Source: a bacterium
GTDB taxonomy: Bacteria; Bacteroidota; Rhodothermia; Rhodothermales; UBA10348
Direction: 5' to 3'
Assembly: GCA_013204185.1 (NCBI GenBank)
Contig: JABMOI010000004.1
Span: 5,272 to 69,271, forward strand
DNA length: 64,000 bases
This document shows, piece after piece, positions 17,426 through 27,458 of this stretch (the first letter of the stretch is position 1; every line of letters begins with the position of its first letter). The notes under the pieces are model-generated. The model saw only the letters and a program-made list of their open reading frames with translations, was not told the origin of the DNA and searched no databases. The position numbers and the translations under genes were made by a program.

Positions 17426-18211
17426 ATGAGCGAAGAAAAAACACAGTCGGCGCATCGCGCGTCGATCGAAGACTTGCTGAAAGCTGGCACCCACTTTGGC
17501 CACCTTACCAGCCGTTGGAATCCCAAAATGCGCAACCACATCTTCATGGAGCGCAACGGAATCCACATCATCAACCTGAATCACACCCAAAGCTATTTGA
17601 ACGAAGCTGCTGAAGCAGTCGCTCGTTTCTCTCGCCGTGGTAAGAAAATTCTCTTTACCGGCACCAAAAAGCAAGGTCGTGACATCATCCGTAAATACGC
17701 AGCCGAATGTGGTTCTCCCTACGTGGTAGAACGCTGGTTGGGTGGTACGCTAACTAACTTCCAGACCATTCGTCGTTCAATTCGCCGTATGGAAGAGTTG
17801 GTTAAAATGCAGGCCGATGGCACCATGGAGCAGCTCAAAAAGAAAGAGCGCCTCATGAAAGCCCGTGAGCTCGAAAAACTTGAAAAAGTATTGTCGGGTA
17901 TCAAGGACATGGCTCGCGTTCCTGGTGCACTGTTCATCGTTGACATCAACCGCGAACACATCGCCGTTCAGGAAGCACAGAAATTGGGTATTCCGATCAT
18001 CGCCATCGTAGACACAAACTGCGATCCTGATGTTGTGGACTTCCCAATCCCTGCAAACGACGACGCGTTGAAATCGATCGAGTTAATCGTTTCTGTTATG
18101 GCTGCTGCTGTAATGGAAGGCGAAAAAGAGCGTCAGGTTGCTGATGCTACTCAGAAGCTCGAAAAAGAAAAACGCGCACAGGACAAAGCTGATACCAAAG
18201 CAAAAGCTTAA
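17426..18211 (+). CDS. rpsB: 30S ribosomal protein S2
   Basis: LLKAGTHFGH..SRWNPKM; IVDTNCDPD. Confidence 0.96.
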   Translation: MSEEKTQSAHRASIEDLLKAGTHFGHLTSRWNPKMRNHIFMERNGIHIINLNHTQSYLNEAAEAVARFSRRGKKILFTGTKKQGRDIIRKYAAECGSPYVVERWLGGTLTNFQTIRRSIRRMEELVKMQADGTMEQLKKKERLMKARELEKLEKVLSGIKDMARVPGALFIVDINREHIAVQEAQKLGIPIIAIVDTNCDPDVVDFPIPANDDALKSIELIVSVMAAAVMEGEKERQVADATQKLEKEKRAQDKADTKAKA

Positions 18212-18299
18212 TCCAGCCTTTCCCAATTCCTATTCAATTTCGTAGCGATGTGCCGTCAGTCTGACGGCCGGTTCGCTGCGCATAAAGCACAATTAGAAC

Positions 18300-19130
18300 A
18301 TGTCTATTTCTGCTGCTGATGTAAAAAAATTGCGCGACGTCACAGGCGTCGGCATGATGGATTGCAAAAAAGCGTTGGCTGAAGCCAATGGCGACTTTGA
18401 TGCAGCCATTGACCTCCTGAGAACGAAAGGCCAGAAAGTCGCTGCAAAGCGTGCCGATCGCGAAGCTAAAGAAGGTGTGATTGCTACCGGCTCAACAGCT
18501 GACGGCAAAACAACGATCCTTGTTGAAGTGAACTGCGAAACAGACTTCGTAGCACGCAACGACAATTTCCAGTCTTTCGCTAGCGAACTCGCTGATCTTG
18601 TATTGGCTGATCTTCCAACTGATCGCGACGCGTTCATGAACTCCACCATGAAAGACGGACGTAAGGTAGCGGATGCGCTTACCGATATGACTGGCAAGAT
18701 TGGCGAGAAAATTGACGTTCGTCGTACCCACGTAATGACGAGCGCCGATGGCAAAATTGTCGCTTACATCCACCCAGGCGCTCGCCTTGGTGTGTTGGTT
18801 GACATTGCTGGTTCAGGCGATTTGGAAGCAGCTGGACGCGACGTAGCCATGCAGGTTGCAGCGCTGAACCCAATTGCTACACACCGCGACGAAGTGCCTC
18901 AGGACGTGAAAGATCACGAAATGAAAATCGCAGCCGACCAGGCTCGCGAAGAAGGCAAGCCTGAGCAGATTATCGAGCGCATTGCGACCGGTAAACTAGA
19001 GCGCTACTACAAAGACTTTGTTCTTCTAGAGCAGCCTTTCGTAAAAGACTCTTCGACAACTGTTGGCGACATGCTGAAAGGCGTTGGCTCAACGGTTAAA
19101 ACGTTTACGCGTTTCGCCCTAGGCGACTAG
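18300..19130 (+). CDS. tsf: translation elongation factor Ts
   Basis: VKKLRDVTGVGMMDCKKALAEANGDFDAAIDLLRTKG (UBA-like N-terminus); follows rpsB. Confidence 0.96.
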   Translation: MSISAADVKKLRDVTGVGMMDCKKALAEANGDFDAAIDLLRTKGQKVAAKRADREAKEGVIATGSTADGKTTILVEVNCETDFVARNDNFQSFASELADLVLADLPTDRDAFMNSTMKDGRKVADALTDMTGKIGEKIDVRRTHVMTSADGKIVAYIHPGARLGVLVDIAGSGDLEAAGRDVAMQVAALNPIATHRDEVPQDVKDHEMKIAADQAREEGKPEQIIERIATGKLERYYKDFVLLEQPFVKDSSTTVGDMLKGVGSTVKTFTRFALGD

Positions 19131-19159
19131 GCTTCATCTTAGGATGTAGCGGACTTTGA

Positions 19160-19197
19160 GTGGCTCGCGCCCTATGGGCGCGAGCCACTTCTATTTT
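19160..19197 (+). terminator. rho-independent terminator after tsf
   Basis: Perfect 13-bp stem GTGGCTCGCGCCC-TAT-GGGCGCGAGCCAC followed by TTCTATTTT. A second copy of the 3' arm plus T7 lies at 19200-19216. Confidence 0.75.
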
Positions 19198-19340
19198 GCC
19201 GCGAGCCACTTTTTTTGCCCTCTCTTTCCGCTCATTCCTCGCGCCGGCGCTTTCCACATTCTCCGTATCTGAACGCAAGACGAATTGATACTCACTCAGA
19301 AGTACGTTAGCTTCTTGGAATTGGTCAATTTCACCTTCCG

Positions 19341-20120
19341 TTGTCAGACGTGGACGATAAGTATAGTAACGGGCGAGCCCATCGTAGAATCCTGCTAAAA
19401 CTGAGCGGCGAGTCGCTCATGGGAAACAAGGCGTTTGGCATTGATCCGGAGGTTCTCGACGCCTACGCGAATGAAATTCGCAATGTGATTGCAGCCGGCG
19501 TAGAGCTTGCCATCGTCATTGGTGGGGGCAACATATTCCGCGGCGTGAACAACGCCACAAAAGGAATGACCCGCTCACATGCCGACTACATGGGCATGCT
19601 AGCCACCATGATTAACGCGATGGCCCTGCAAGATGCGTTGGAGCAAGCGGGCGTTCAGACGCGGCTCCAGTCCAGCTTGAACATGGATGAGATTGCAGAG
19701 CCGTTCATCCGAAGACGCGCACTGAGGCACCTAGAAAAAGGCCGCGTGGTCATATTTGGCGCCGGCACCGGTAATCCATACTTCACCACTGATACGGCCG
19801 CCGCTCTGAGAGCACTTGAAATCGACGCCGATGTGATCCTAAAAGGGACGCGCGTGGACGGAGTCTTTACTGCAGACCCCGAAAAAGACTCTACGGCAAA
19901 GCAGTACCAAAGCATTCACGGAGATCACGTTATCTCGAAGAACCTGAAGGTGATGGATATGACGGCCTTTACGCTTTGTAAGGAATCCTCCATGCCCATT
20001 ATTGTGTTCAACATGGATACAGGCGGAAACCTAGAACGAATTGTTCGAGGCGAGCCTGTAGGCACATTGGTTCATTGGGAAGCGACTGAAAACACGGAAG
20101 CAGCACCGGCAACGGTCTGA
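19341..20120 (+). CDS. pyrH: UMP kinase
   Basis: [26 protein letters not shown] motifs. The start (TTG 19341 or GTG 19350) is uncertain. Confidence 0.94.
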   Translation: MSDVDDKYSNGRAHRRILLKLSGESLMGNKAFGIDPEVLDAYANEIRNVIAAGVELAIVIGGGNIFRGVNNATKGMTRSHADYMGMLATMINAMALQDALEQAGVQTRLQSSLNMDEIAEPFIRRRALRHLEKGRVVIFGAGTGNPYFTTDTAAALRALEIDADVILKGTRVDGVFTADPEKDSTAKQYQSIHGDHVISKNLKVMDMTAFTLCKESSMPIIVFNMDTGGNLERIVRGEPVGTLVHWEATENTEAAPATV

Positions 20121-20148
20121 CGCACCTTCGATTCATTTAGATACTGTC

Positions 20149-20718
20149 ATGATACACGAAGACTTAGAACTCATTCTGGAAGATGCCTCTGAAGGCATGG
20201 ATAAATGTATCGAGCACTTGCGGCACGAAATGGTTTCCATTCGAGCAGGACGTGCTACTCCAGCCATGCTGGAAAACATCCGCGTGGATTATTACGGCTC
20301 GTCAACGCCGCTAGCTCAAATGTCCTCCATCAATGCTCCACAGCCCGACCTTTTGATTGTTCAGCCGTGGGACGCAACGGCTTTGGGCGCCATTGAAAAA
20401 GCCATTATGGCAGCAAACCTTGGCATTAACCCGTCCAACGACGGTCAGTTAATTCGCCTTCCGGTCCCGCCACTGTCCGAAGAACGCCGCCGCGATCTAG
20501 CCAAAACGGCCAAAGTCAAAGGCGAAGATGCTAAAGTTGCCGTCCGTAGCGTGCGCCGCGCCGCCAAAGACATGATTAAGTCGACTCAGAAAGAAGAAAA
20601 ACTTCCGGAAGACATGGCCTACGAAGCAGAAGAAACGCTTCAACAGATGACGGACAAGCACATCACCAAGATTGAAGCCATTATGGCACACAAAGAAGCT
20701 GAGATCATGGAGGTTTAG
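20149..20718 (+). CDS. frr: ribosome recycling factor
   Basis: SIRAGRATPAMLENIRVDYYGSSTPLAQ; LSEERRRDLAK; follows pyrH. Confidence 0.96.
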   Translation: MIHEDLELILEDASEGMDKCIEHLRHEMVSIRAGRATPAMLENIRVDYYGSSTPLAQMSSINAPQPDLLIVQPWDATALGAIEKAIMAANLGINPSNDGQLIRLPVPPLSEERRRDLAKTAKVKGEDAKVAVRSVRRAAKDMIKSTQKEEKLPEDMAYEAEETLQQMTDKHITKIEAIMAHKEAEIMEV

Positions 20719-20812
20719 CGCCTTGAGCGCCTAGCGGCGTGAAATTTCACCACACCTGCACCAAAGGCTCGAAACAACAGGCCTACGGGTGCATTTAGTG
20801 GCAATCGACACT

Positions 20813-20899
20813 GGAGAGGTGTCCGAGTGGCTGAAGGAGCACGCTTGGAAAGCGTGTGTGCGGGTAACCGTACCGAGGGTTCGAATCCCTCTCTCTCCG
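20813..20899 (+). tRNA. tRNA-Ser (anticodon GGA), class II with long variable arm; CCA not encoded
   Basis: GGAGAGG acceptor pairs with TCTCTCC. The anticodon stem CACGC/GCGTG carries loop TTGGAAA. There is a long variable arm and a T-arm GAGGGTTCGAATCCCTC. Confidence 0.9.
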
Positions 20900-20916
20900 C
20901 ATAGCGCAAGCACATG

Positions 20917-20951
20917 GCCCCGTCCACGAAAGTGGGTGGGGCTTTTTGTTT
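20917..20951 (+). terminator. rho-independent terminator after tRNA-Ser
   Basis: GCCCCGTCCAC-GAAA-GTGGGTGGGGC (11 bp including two G-U pairs) followed by TTTTTGTTT. Confidence 0.7.
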
Positions 20952-20981
20952 GGAGCCCGTCAAGCTTGCTTGTAAGGGGGA

Positions 20982-21019
20982 CAAACAAAAAGCCCCAAGC
21001 GAGCCAAGCGAGTCGGGGC
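20982..21019 (-). terminator. probable terminator for the minus-strand TonB receptor gene
   Basis: Minus strand reads GCCCCGA...(14 nt)...TTGGGGC followed by TTTTTGTTTG. Its flanks are identical to those of the tRNA terminator. Confidence 0.45.
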
Positions 21020-21190
21020 CATGTGCTTGGGATATGACGCTCCCCCCTCAGGGCTGTTGTCGCGCCATTTTCATTTAAGAAAAGGGCGCGACAAAATCCC
21101 CTTTTTAGGGATATTGGAGTGCCAAGGGTTGTGACGCTCAATCGACAACTGAAATAAAAACGTAGCTGGTTCGTCGGAGGCCCAAAAGGA

Positions 21191-23227
21191 TTAAAACGAG
21201 AGACCCACTCCGAGCTGAAGTGCCCTTCCCGCAGCTGGCTCGTAATAACGACCGCCAAAGGCGTTGACTACCATCGAACCATTGTACTCGTTGTCCAACA
21301 CATTAGAAATCCGCCCAAAAGGACGCAACTTCGAACCTCCAATTTGAATTCCGTCATGTCCTATTCCAAAATCCATCACGAGATATCCATCATTTTCGGC
21401 TAGGTTCGTATCGTCAGCGTAGGTTAGAGAAACAAAATCGGCAACCAAATTAGCCCGCAGGCCTGACCACGCTCCATCAAAACCCAAAACGAGGTGGTGC
21501 ACCGGAATGCCGGGCAGAAGGTTGTAAAGCAACTCCCCATCATCAAATTGAAATTGACTCATGGTATAGGTGGCCTGCAACTGAACGTGACGGGTAAGTC
21601 GACTCAACATGGCCACTTCAAAACCCGTATGCTTGTTTTGGCCTGCATTAACGTAATAGGTGCGTCCGGAGGCATCTTGAAACGGCTGTAGTTGCTCAGT
21701 TACGAACATTTGGAAAAAGGCCACATCCATCGTACTACGTCCGAGCCTTCCTCTCCCACCAACTTCAAAACCGTTCGTTTTTTGTGGCCCCACCGAGGCG
21801 TTCAGCCCAGCACTTCCATTAGGTTGATTGACCAATTCTGTAGTTGTTGGCGTTTCAAAGGCGGTCGAATAGTTAGCAAATACCTGACCGTTCCCAATTC
21901 GATAGGTCAATCCAACAGACGGACTGAAGGCCGAAAAAGACCGGTCACCCGAAACGCCGACGCTGCCCGGCAGGCGATCTTCCAGAGAAAAGTCAATTTG
22001 ATCAGCTCGAACTCCCGCAGACAAAACAAAGTTTTCGAAAACATCTATTTGACCATTTACGAACGCAGACAGATTGCGCACGTCTTCTTGCTGATCAAGG
22101 TCGACCTGAGTTCCTGGATTTCCTCCATCATTGTTTCTGTTGACTCGATCGTCAGACTGAAATCCCGCGTCTACCCCAACGCCAAATCGGGCACGCTCAC
22201 CAGCCGATTGAAACTGAATACTCGCTCCGCCAACCTGTCTGTCTAGCTCTATATATGTGTAGGACAACGGGTTATCCAGCTGTCGCTTCAGGCCGAAGGC
22301 CGTCACAGACAGCATTCCACTTGCCAACTCACGAAACACGGTTGCTCCCAATTGAATCTGCGTACTTTCCTTTCCTGCTAGCGCATTCACATTTCGGAGG
22401 TCTGCTCCCTGGCGATCTACTGCCAATTGGGCCTGGGTTAGCGCTCCCGGAGATTCGGTGTCTTGCACTGCAAACCCTGAAACCACGCGGAGTTGCGTAT
22501 AATTACCGAGATCAAATAGGCCAGTAACTGCGGCGCGCGTGAAATTTCCTGCAGAATAATCTCGGTATCCATCGCTTTGAACAGAGGAGACATAGCCTGA
22601 AACTCGATGGTTTCCGATAGGAATGGCCACATTAGCAGATACATTGCGAAGACCATAGCTGCCGCCCATTACGCGAACCCCAAGGCCGAAGGTGTCGGAA
22701 AACGCATCGGTTGAAAGCATCAAAACTCCACCGCTGCCATTGCCCCAAAACGTAGACGAAGGACCTCTCACCAATTCAACCCGTCGGATGAATGCCGGAT
22801 CAACAATATCCAACATGCCTTGTCCATCCGGTAAGGTTAACGGAATACCATCGAGAAGCACGTGAACGCCGCGAACGCCAAATGCCGAACGCCATCCCAT
22901 GCCCCGAACGAGGAGTCGTTCTCCGAGGGCGTAGTGCCCCCGGTCGTTCAATGTGAGGCCCGGAAGACCTCGAAGCACACTATGAAGGGAAAGTCCGGGT
23001 TGACGGACCACGTCTTCAGTCGATCGGGCAAGTAGAAAAACTGCGTACGGAGAACTGGATTCTGTTACAGACGAACGAAGAGCCTCCACTTCAAGCCCAG
23101 GAAGCTTGATCACGAGCGTGTCTTGTTGTTGCGCAAAGGCCGGCTGTACACCCAAGATCCACCCCACGGTTAGAAGCCCAATGACCAGGTTTGGCCAAAT
23201 CCTGCTAGAAAATGCCCTTTTTAACAT
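21191..23227 (-). CDS. TonB-dependent outer-membrane receptor
   Basis: Signal peptide MLKRAFSSRIWPNLVIGLLTVGWILGVQPAFAQ, plug-domain-like RGPSSTFWGNGSGGVL, long beta-barrel and terminal ...LQLGVGLSF. I prefer ATG 23227. Confidence 0.88.
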   Translation of the reverse strand: MLKRAFSSRIWPNLVIGLLTVGWILGVQPAFAQQQDTLVIKLPGLEVEALRSSVTESSSPYAVFLLARSTEDVVRQPGLSLHSVLRGLPGLTLNDRGHYALGERLLVRGMGWRSAFGVRGVHVLLDGIPLTLPDGQGMLDIVDPAFIRRVELVRGPSSTFWGNGSGGVLMLSTDAFSDTFGLGVRVMGGSYGLRNVSANVAIPIGNHRVSGYVSSVQSDGYRDYSAGNFTRAAVTGLFDLGNYTQLRVVSGFAVQDTESPGALTQAQLAVDRQGADLRNVNALAGKESTQIQLGATVFRELASGMLSVTAFGLKRQLDNPLSYTYIELDRQVGGASIQFQSAGERARFGVGVDAGFQSDDRVNRNNDGGNPGTQVDLDQQEDVRNLSAFVNGQIDVFENFVLSAGVRADQIDFSLEDRLPGSVGVSGDRSFSAFSPSVGLTYRIGNGQVFANYSTAFETPTTTELVNQPNGSAGLNASVGPQKTNGFEVGGRGRLGRSTMDVAFFQMFVTEQLQPFQDASGRTYYVNAGQNKHTGFEVAMLSRLTRHVQLQATYTMSQFQFDDGELLYNLLPGIPVHHLVLGFDGAWSGLRANLVADFVSLTYADDTNLAENDGYLVMDFGIGHDGIQIGGSKLRPFGRISNVLDNEYNGSMVVNAFGGRYYEPAAGRALQLGVGLSF

Positions 23228-23541
23228 GGGTAACTCGAATAGGAACGTTGAATTGTATGACAAAGTATTGGGCCTGAAGAGTAATGGACCTTGAGAATCA
23301 AGCGGTGACACCCAACCCTGAAGATAGTCTTTAAAAGGAGCTGGACGTAGGCAATCCAGAAAAACTATGCGGAAATAAGTCCCGTTGGATTACGTGTTGA
23401 CGGCTCAGTGGGCAACACAAAAAAGTTAGTCTTGAAAGACAGCGTTTTATTAGCAACTTTTGAAAAACGCGTCTCGTATCGCGGTTCATCGTTTCAACCC
23501 CGCCGCTTTCCAGCCCCATAACAACTAAGCTCTGTCTTTTT

Positions 23542-25956
23542 ATGTTTTCGAATTACATCCGTACGAGTTTAAGAAAGTTAAATCGGACGAAGCTCCACAC
23601 AACGGTTAACATTGCGGGCTTAACACTCGGTTTGTTGTGCGCCATCGTCATATTCCAGAAGGTGCGCTTCGAATACAGTTTTGATACCTATCACGAAGAC
23701 CCTGACCGGCTGTATCGGGTAGTAAGAAATGACATTCAGGACGGCGAACCCGACTTAGGCGCAGGACTACCGTTTCCATTTGTCGATGCCTTCCGCGCAG
23801 ATTTTCGGGAGGTCGAGCGCCTAACGCTTGTCGATACCAACTTTGAAACCGATCCATTAATAGGGATCCACGATCCGGACGGAACAGTCCGTCGTTTCAA
23901 AGAAGAACGAAACGTTGCCTTCGTGGAGCCCGATTATTTTGAAATGTTCCACTATGAGTGGCTTTCTGGCGACCTAGCAACGGCGCTCGCTCAACCTCAG
24001 TCTGCAGTCATTTCCAGGTCCTTGGCCGAAAAATACTTTGGTACGATCGACGTCTTAGGCCGCTCATTTACGTTTTCCAACCGGTATGAGGTCACTATCA
24101 CAGGAGTTGTTGAAGATCCTCCTGCCAATACCGAGTTACCTTTTTCCATGCTGCTCGCCCGGTACAAAGGAAGCGACACGAATCTCTACAAGGAAAACGA
24201 TAACTGGGGTAGTGTTTCGTCCTCAGTTCAAGCGTTCTTAAAGATAAAGTCGCGAGACGATGCGGCTGAAATCGATTCGGAATTTCCGGCCTTTATCGCC
24301 AAATATCGAGATCCTGACGACGCTAAGGACCTAGGGTATCGACTCCAACCGCTGAAAGAGGTCCACTTTGACGACCGCTACGGCACGCTCAGAGATTCTG
24401 ACCCAATCACAAAGGGTTCACTCTCAACGCTCAGCTGGGTAGGCATTTTCTTGCTCCTGACTGCATGCATCAACTTCGTCAATTTGAATGTGGTCCTTGT
24501 ATTTCGGCGGGCAAAAGAAGTGGCGGTGCGGAAAGTTCTGGGTGGCACGTCCGGCAACATTGCATCGTATTTCATGACGGAAACGGCCCTATCCGTCGTA
24601 TTTGCGCTCGTGCTTGCCTTTCTTTTAGCGAATCCGGTCCTGAAGTTTACGAGCTCAATTGTTGGCACAGGGGTCACCGTTTCGCCTTTTTCAGATTCTA
24701 TCTTAGTGGCGGCTAGTTTAATTGTAGCAATCATTGTTACTCTTATTGCAGGCCTTTATCCCTCTGCAATACTCTCGTCTATTCAGCCCGTTCGTGCGCT
24801 CAGAGGCACCTCGTCAGGGCAGCCAAAGTCGTTTCTATCCGTTCGTCGCGGGCTCGTGGTCTTTCAGTTCATGATCTCGCAGGTGTTTATTATTGGCACC
24901 TTGGTTGCGATGAATCAGATGAGTTATATCAATTCAGCTCCTCTCGGATACGAACCAGACGCTATTGTTGAATTCCCCATTCCGACCCGAATCGAGGGTG
25001 AAGTCGATCGGCTCAAAGAACAAATTGCACTCAATCCTACCATAACGGGCGTCACCTACTCAAATTCGGGTGCCACGTCAGGCAATACCTGGGCCTCCAG
25101 CGGTGTTGCCTCCGTTGAAGGAGAGTGGGTTGAGTTGCAAACTCAGGTTAAGCTCATAGACTACGACTACATGAACGTCTATGGGATGAAGCTAATTGCC
25201 GGTCGTGGATTTGAGCGATCGGACAGCGCCTCTGGAATCGTTGTGAACGAGACTTTTGCCAGACGCCTAGGCTTCGACGACCCCACTGACATTCTTGGAA
25301 CCCTCGTTAAGATCTCGAGCTGGAATAACATTCCCATAACAGGTGTGATTGAGGATTTCCATACCAACTCCATGCGTGATGAGGTTGAATCGGTAACGCT
25401 GATTCAAACCGCCGGCTACGCGTATCTGGGCGCCGCGAAAATTCCAACCGGCCAAATCAATGCTTCCATCGACGCCATCAGGGAATCCTGGGAAGCCACC
25501 TACCCTAATTTCATCTTTGAGTATGACTTCTTGGATGACAAAATCGCAGAACTTTACGAAGAGGAGCAGACCACGCAATCGCTGATTCAGCTTTTTGCTT
25601 CGATCGCTATCCTGATCGGCTGCATCGGGTTATACGGACTTATATCTTACTCAACGTCTCAGCGCGCAAGGGAAGTAGGGATTCGTAAAGTCCTGGGCGC
25701 CAGTACGACGCGGATTGTCGGACTCTTTTCGAAAGAGTATGTCTTTATGGTGCTTTTTGGTTTTGCCGTATCCGCGCCAGTAGCCTACATCGTGATGAAC
25801 GAATGGCTCGACAATTTTGCGTACAGAATCGACATTGGAGTCGGGACTTTCGGTGCGGCATTTGTCTTGTCATTCGTGATCGCACTGCTCACCGTGTCGG
25901 TGAAAACAATCCGATCTGCTCAGGCAAATCCGGTTGATACGATCCGAAGAGCCTAG
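23542..25956 (+). CDS. duplicated FtsX/MacB-type ABC permease (no adjacent ATPase)
   Basis: 804 aa with N-terminal MFSNYIRTSLRKLNRTKLHTTVNIAGLTLGL. Two FtsX 4-TM modules (EVAVRKVLGG..., EVGIRKVLGAS...) are separated by large periplasmic domains. Confidence 0.88.
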   Translation: MFSNYIRTSLRKLNRTKLHTTVNIAGLTLGLLCAIVIFQKVRFEYSFDTYHEDPDRLYRVVRNDIQDGEPDLGAGLPFPFVDAFRADFREVERLTLVDTNFETDPLIGIHDPDGTVRRFKEERNVAFVEPDYFEMFHYEWLSGDLATALAQPQSAVISRSLAEKYFGTIDVLGRSFTFSNRYEVTITGVVEDPPANTELPFSMLLARYKGSDTNLYKENDNWGSVSSSVQAFLKIKSRDDAAEIDSEFPAFIAKYRDPDDAKDLGYRLQPLKEVHFDDRYGTLRDSDPITKGSLSTLSWVGIFLLLTACINFVNLNVVLVFRRAKEVAVRKVLGGTSGNIASYFMTETALSVVFALVLAFLLANPVLKFTSSIVGTGVTVSPFSDSILVAASLIVAIIVTLIAGLYPSAILSSIQPVRALRGTSSGQPKSFLSVRRGLVVFQFMISQVFIIGTLVAMNQMSYINSAPLGYEPDAIVEFPIPTRIEGEVDRLKEQIALNPTITGVTYSNSGATSGNTWASSGVASVEGEWVELQTQVKLIDYDYMNVYGMKLIAGRGFERSDSASGIVVNETFARRLGFDDPTDILGTLVKISSWNNIPITGVIEDFHTNSMRDEVESVTLIQTAGYAYLGAAKIPTGQINASIDAIRESWEATYPNFIFEYDFLDDKIAELYEEEQTTQSLIQLFASIAILIGCIGLYGLISYSTSQRAREVGIRKVLGASTTRIVGLFSKEYVFMVLFGFAVSAPVAYIVMNEWLDNFAYRIDIGVGTFGAAFVLSFVIALLTVSVKTIRSAQANPVDTIRRA

Positions 25957-25976
25957 CGCCACACGGAAACAGCAGG

Positions 25977-27458
25977 CTAAACCGCAAATCCATCCCGATA
26001 GGTTCTGCCAACAAATTGATTGGCTTCCTCGAGGTTCGTGATGCGCATGTTTTCACCATCCCACAGCAGTTTTTTACGTCCGTAGTAGTCCATGCCGCCA
26101 TTGCTGTTTTCCCGGCGAAGCATATAGCTGCGAATGGCCAAGTAGCCCATCAACACGGTTTCCGTCATGGGGCCGGCATAGTCGAAGGATGAGGTGAGCG
26201 CGCGGTGCTCGGCGCTATTAAATCCAGCCTTGCAGGCATCCACCCACTTGCGCTGGTGTCCGTATTCCGGCTCCTCGTTTGTCTCCGTTTCAGGTCCAAA
26301 CTCTGTTGTGCCGTCATTTAGATACAGTTTGGGCATGATGGGTGAGCTATCGTTCACATTGGTCGAAATCAGACCCTTTTCGCCTATAATCAGGACGCCG
26401 TTCGCGCTACCTGGCCCGCCAATATCCTTATCGGCAGGAATAATATCCGGGTGCGACGGCTTGATGCCCCCGTCACTCCATGTCATTTCAATGGGAGACT
26501 TGCTCTTATCTGTGGCGGCATAGTGCAACGTCACAAAAGAAGAAGCCGGGCATCCTTCCGGGCTGTAGTCTGGCGTCCACATCTGGGAATAAACTGTGCC
26601 CACGCTGCACTCGGCATCCAACGGATAGGTAAGGCCAAGCGTTCTGAACGGAATATCGATCAGGTGGCAGCCCATATCGCCGAGCGCGCCCGTCCCGTAG
26701 TCCCACCATCCTCTCCAACTAAAGGGATGTAAATCAGGTGTGTAAGCGCGCTGCGAGGCCGGGCCGAGCCACAGATCCCAATCCAGCGCTTCAGGTTTTT
26801 TGCTTGGATCGGGCGCCTGCATCAAGCCTCCTTGGGGCCAAACAGGGCGGTTCGTCCAGACCTGAATCTTGGATATTTTTCCAAGTTTACCTGAATCCAC
26901 CCAGCCTTGGACCATGTTCAATAGCGGATTGGACCCACCCTGATTACCCATTTGGGTGACCACTTTCTGCTGCCGGGCTTTTTGCGTGAGAAGGCGAGCT
27001 TCTCGGATATTGTGCGTCAGCGGTTTCTGAACATAAACGTGTAGGCCCCGGTCCATGGCGCGAGAAGCGGCTGGGCCATGCCCATGATCCGGTATCGAAA
27101 TGGTGACGGCGTCAAGGTCTTTCTCCTTGTCCAGCATCTCCCGGTAGTCGGCGTAAAGCCGTGCGTCCGGAAACAACTTAACCGAGTTCGAGGCTGAACC
27201 AGAAAAGTCTACATCACAAAGGGCCACAACGCGTTCGCGTCCTCCAACGGAGGCGTTCCGGATATCACTCGCGCCTTTTCCACCGGCGCCGATGGCCGCA
27301 AGAACCAGCTGATCACTCGGGGCGGTGAAGCCCACTCCTCCAAGCACATGCCGAGGCACAATAAAGGCAGCAGCCGCGCCAACAGCCGACTTCTTAATGA
27401 AGGCTCTGCGTGAGGATTCGGGTGAGGAATCGCGGGAGGATTGGTCCTTGTTGTCCAT
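25977..27458 (-). CDS. Gfo/Idh/MocA-family oxidoreductase with twin-arginine signal
   Basis: Tat motif SRRAFIKKSAVGAAAAF, Rossmann AAIGAGGKG and VYVQKPLTHN. Confidence 0.85.
   Translation of the reverse strand: MDNKDQSSRDSSPESSRRAFIKKSAVGAAAAFIVPRHVLGGVGFTAPSDQLVLAAIGAGGKGASDIRNASVGGRERVVALCDVDFSGSASNSVKLFPDARLYADYREMLDKEKDLDAVTISIPDHGHGPAASRAMDRGLHVYVQKPLTHNIREARLLTQKARQQKVVTQMGNQGGSNPLLNMVQGWVDSGKLGKISKIQVWTNRPVWPQGGLMQAPDPSKKPEALDWDLWLGPASQRAYTPDLHPFSWRGWWDYGTGALGDMGCHLIDIPFRTLGLTYPLDAECSVGTVYSQMWTPDYSPEGCPASSFVTLHYAATDKSKSPIEMTWSDGGIKPSHPDIIPADKDIGGPGSANGVLIIGEKGLISTNVNDSSPIMPKLYLNDGTTEFGPETETNEEPEYGHQRKWVDACKAGFNSAEHRALTSSFDYAGPMTETVLMGYLAIRSYMLRRENSNGGMDYYGRKKLLWDGENMRITNLEEANQFVGRTYRDGFAV

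Noticed and set aside
20715-21258. ORFs 20715..20984 (-), 20731..21258 (-) and 20789..21037 (+)
   Set aside because: They overlap the tRNA-Ser gene and the terminator hairpins. Their translations are Arg/Pro/Gly-rich artefacts.
23228-23541. Possible riboswitch (cobalamin, TPP) or Fur box in the 314-bp region upstream of the TonB receptor; 62-aa ORF 23331..23519
   Set aside because: Read on the minus strand, it has no B12-box/GCCACTG core in the correct order, no CTGAGA...ACCTGA TPP signature and no Fur-box-like palindrome. The region also serves the divergent permease promoter. The ORF has no support.
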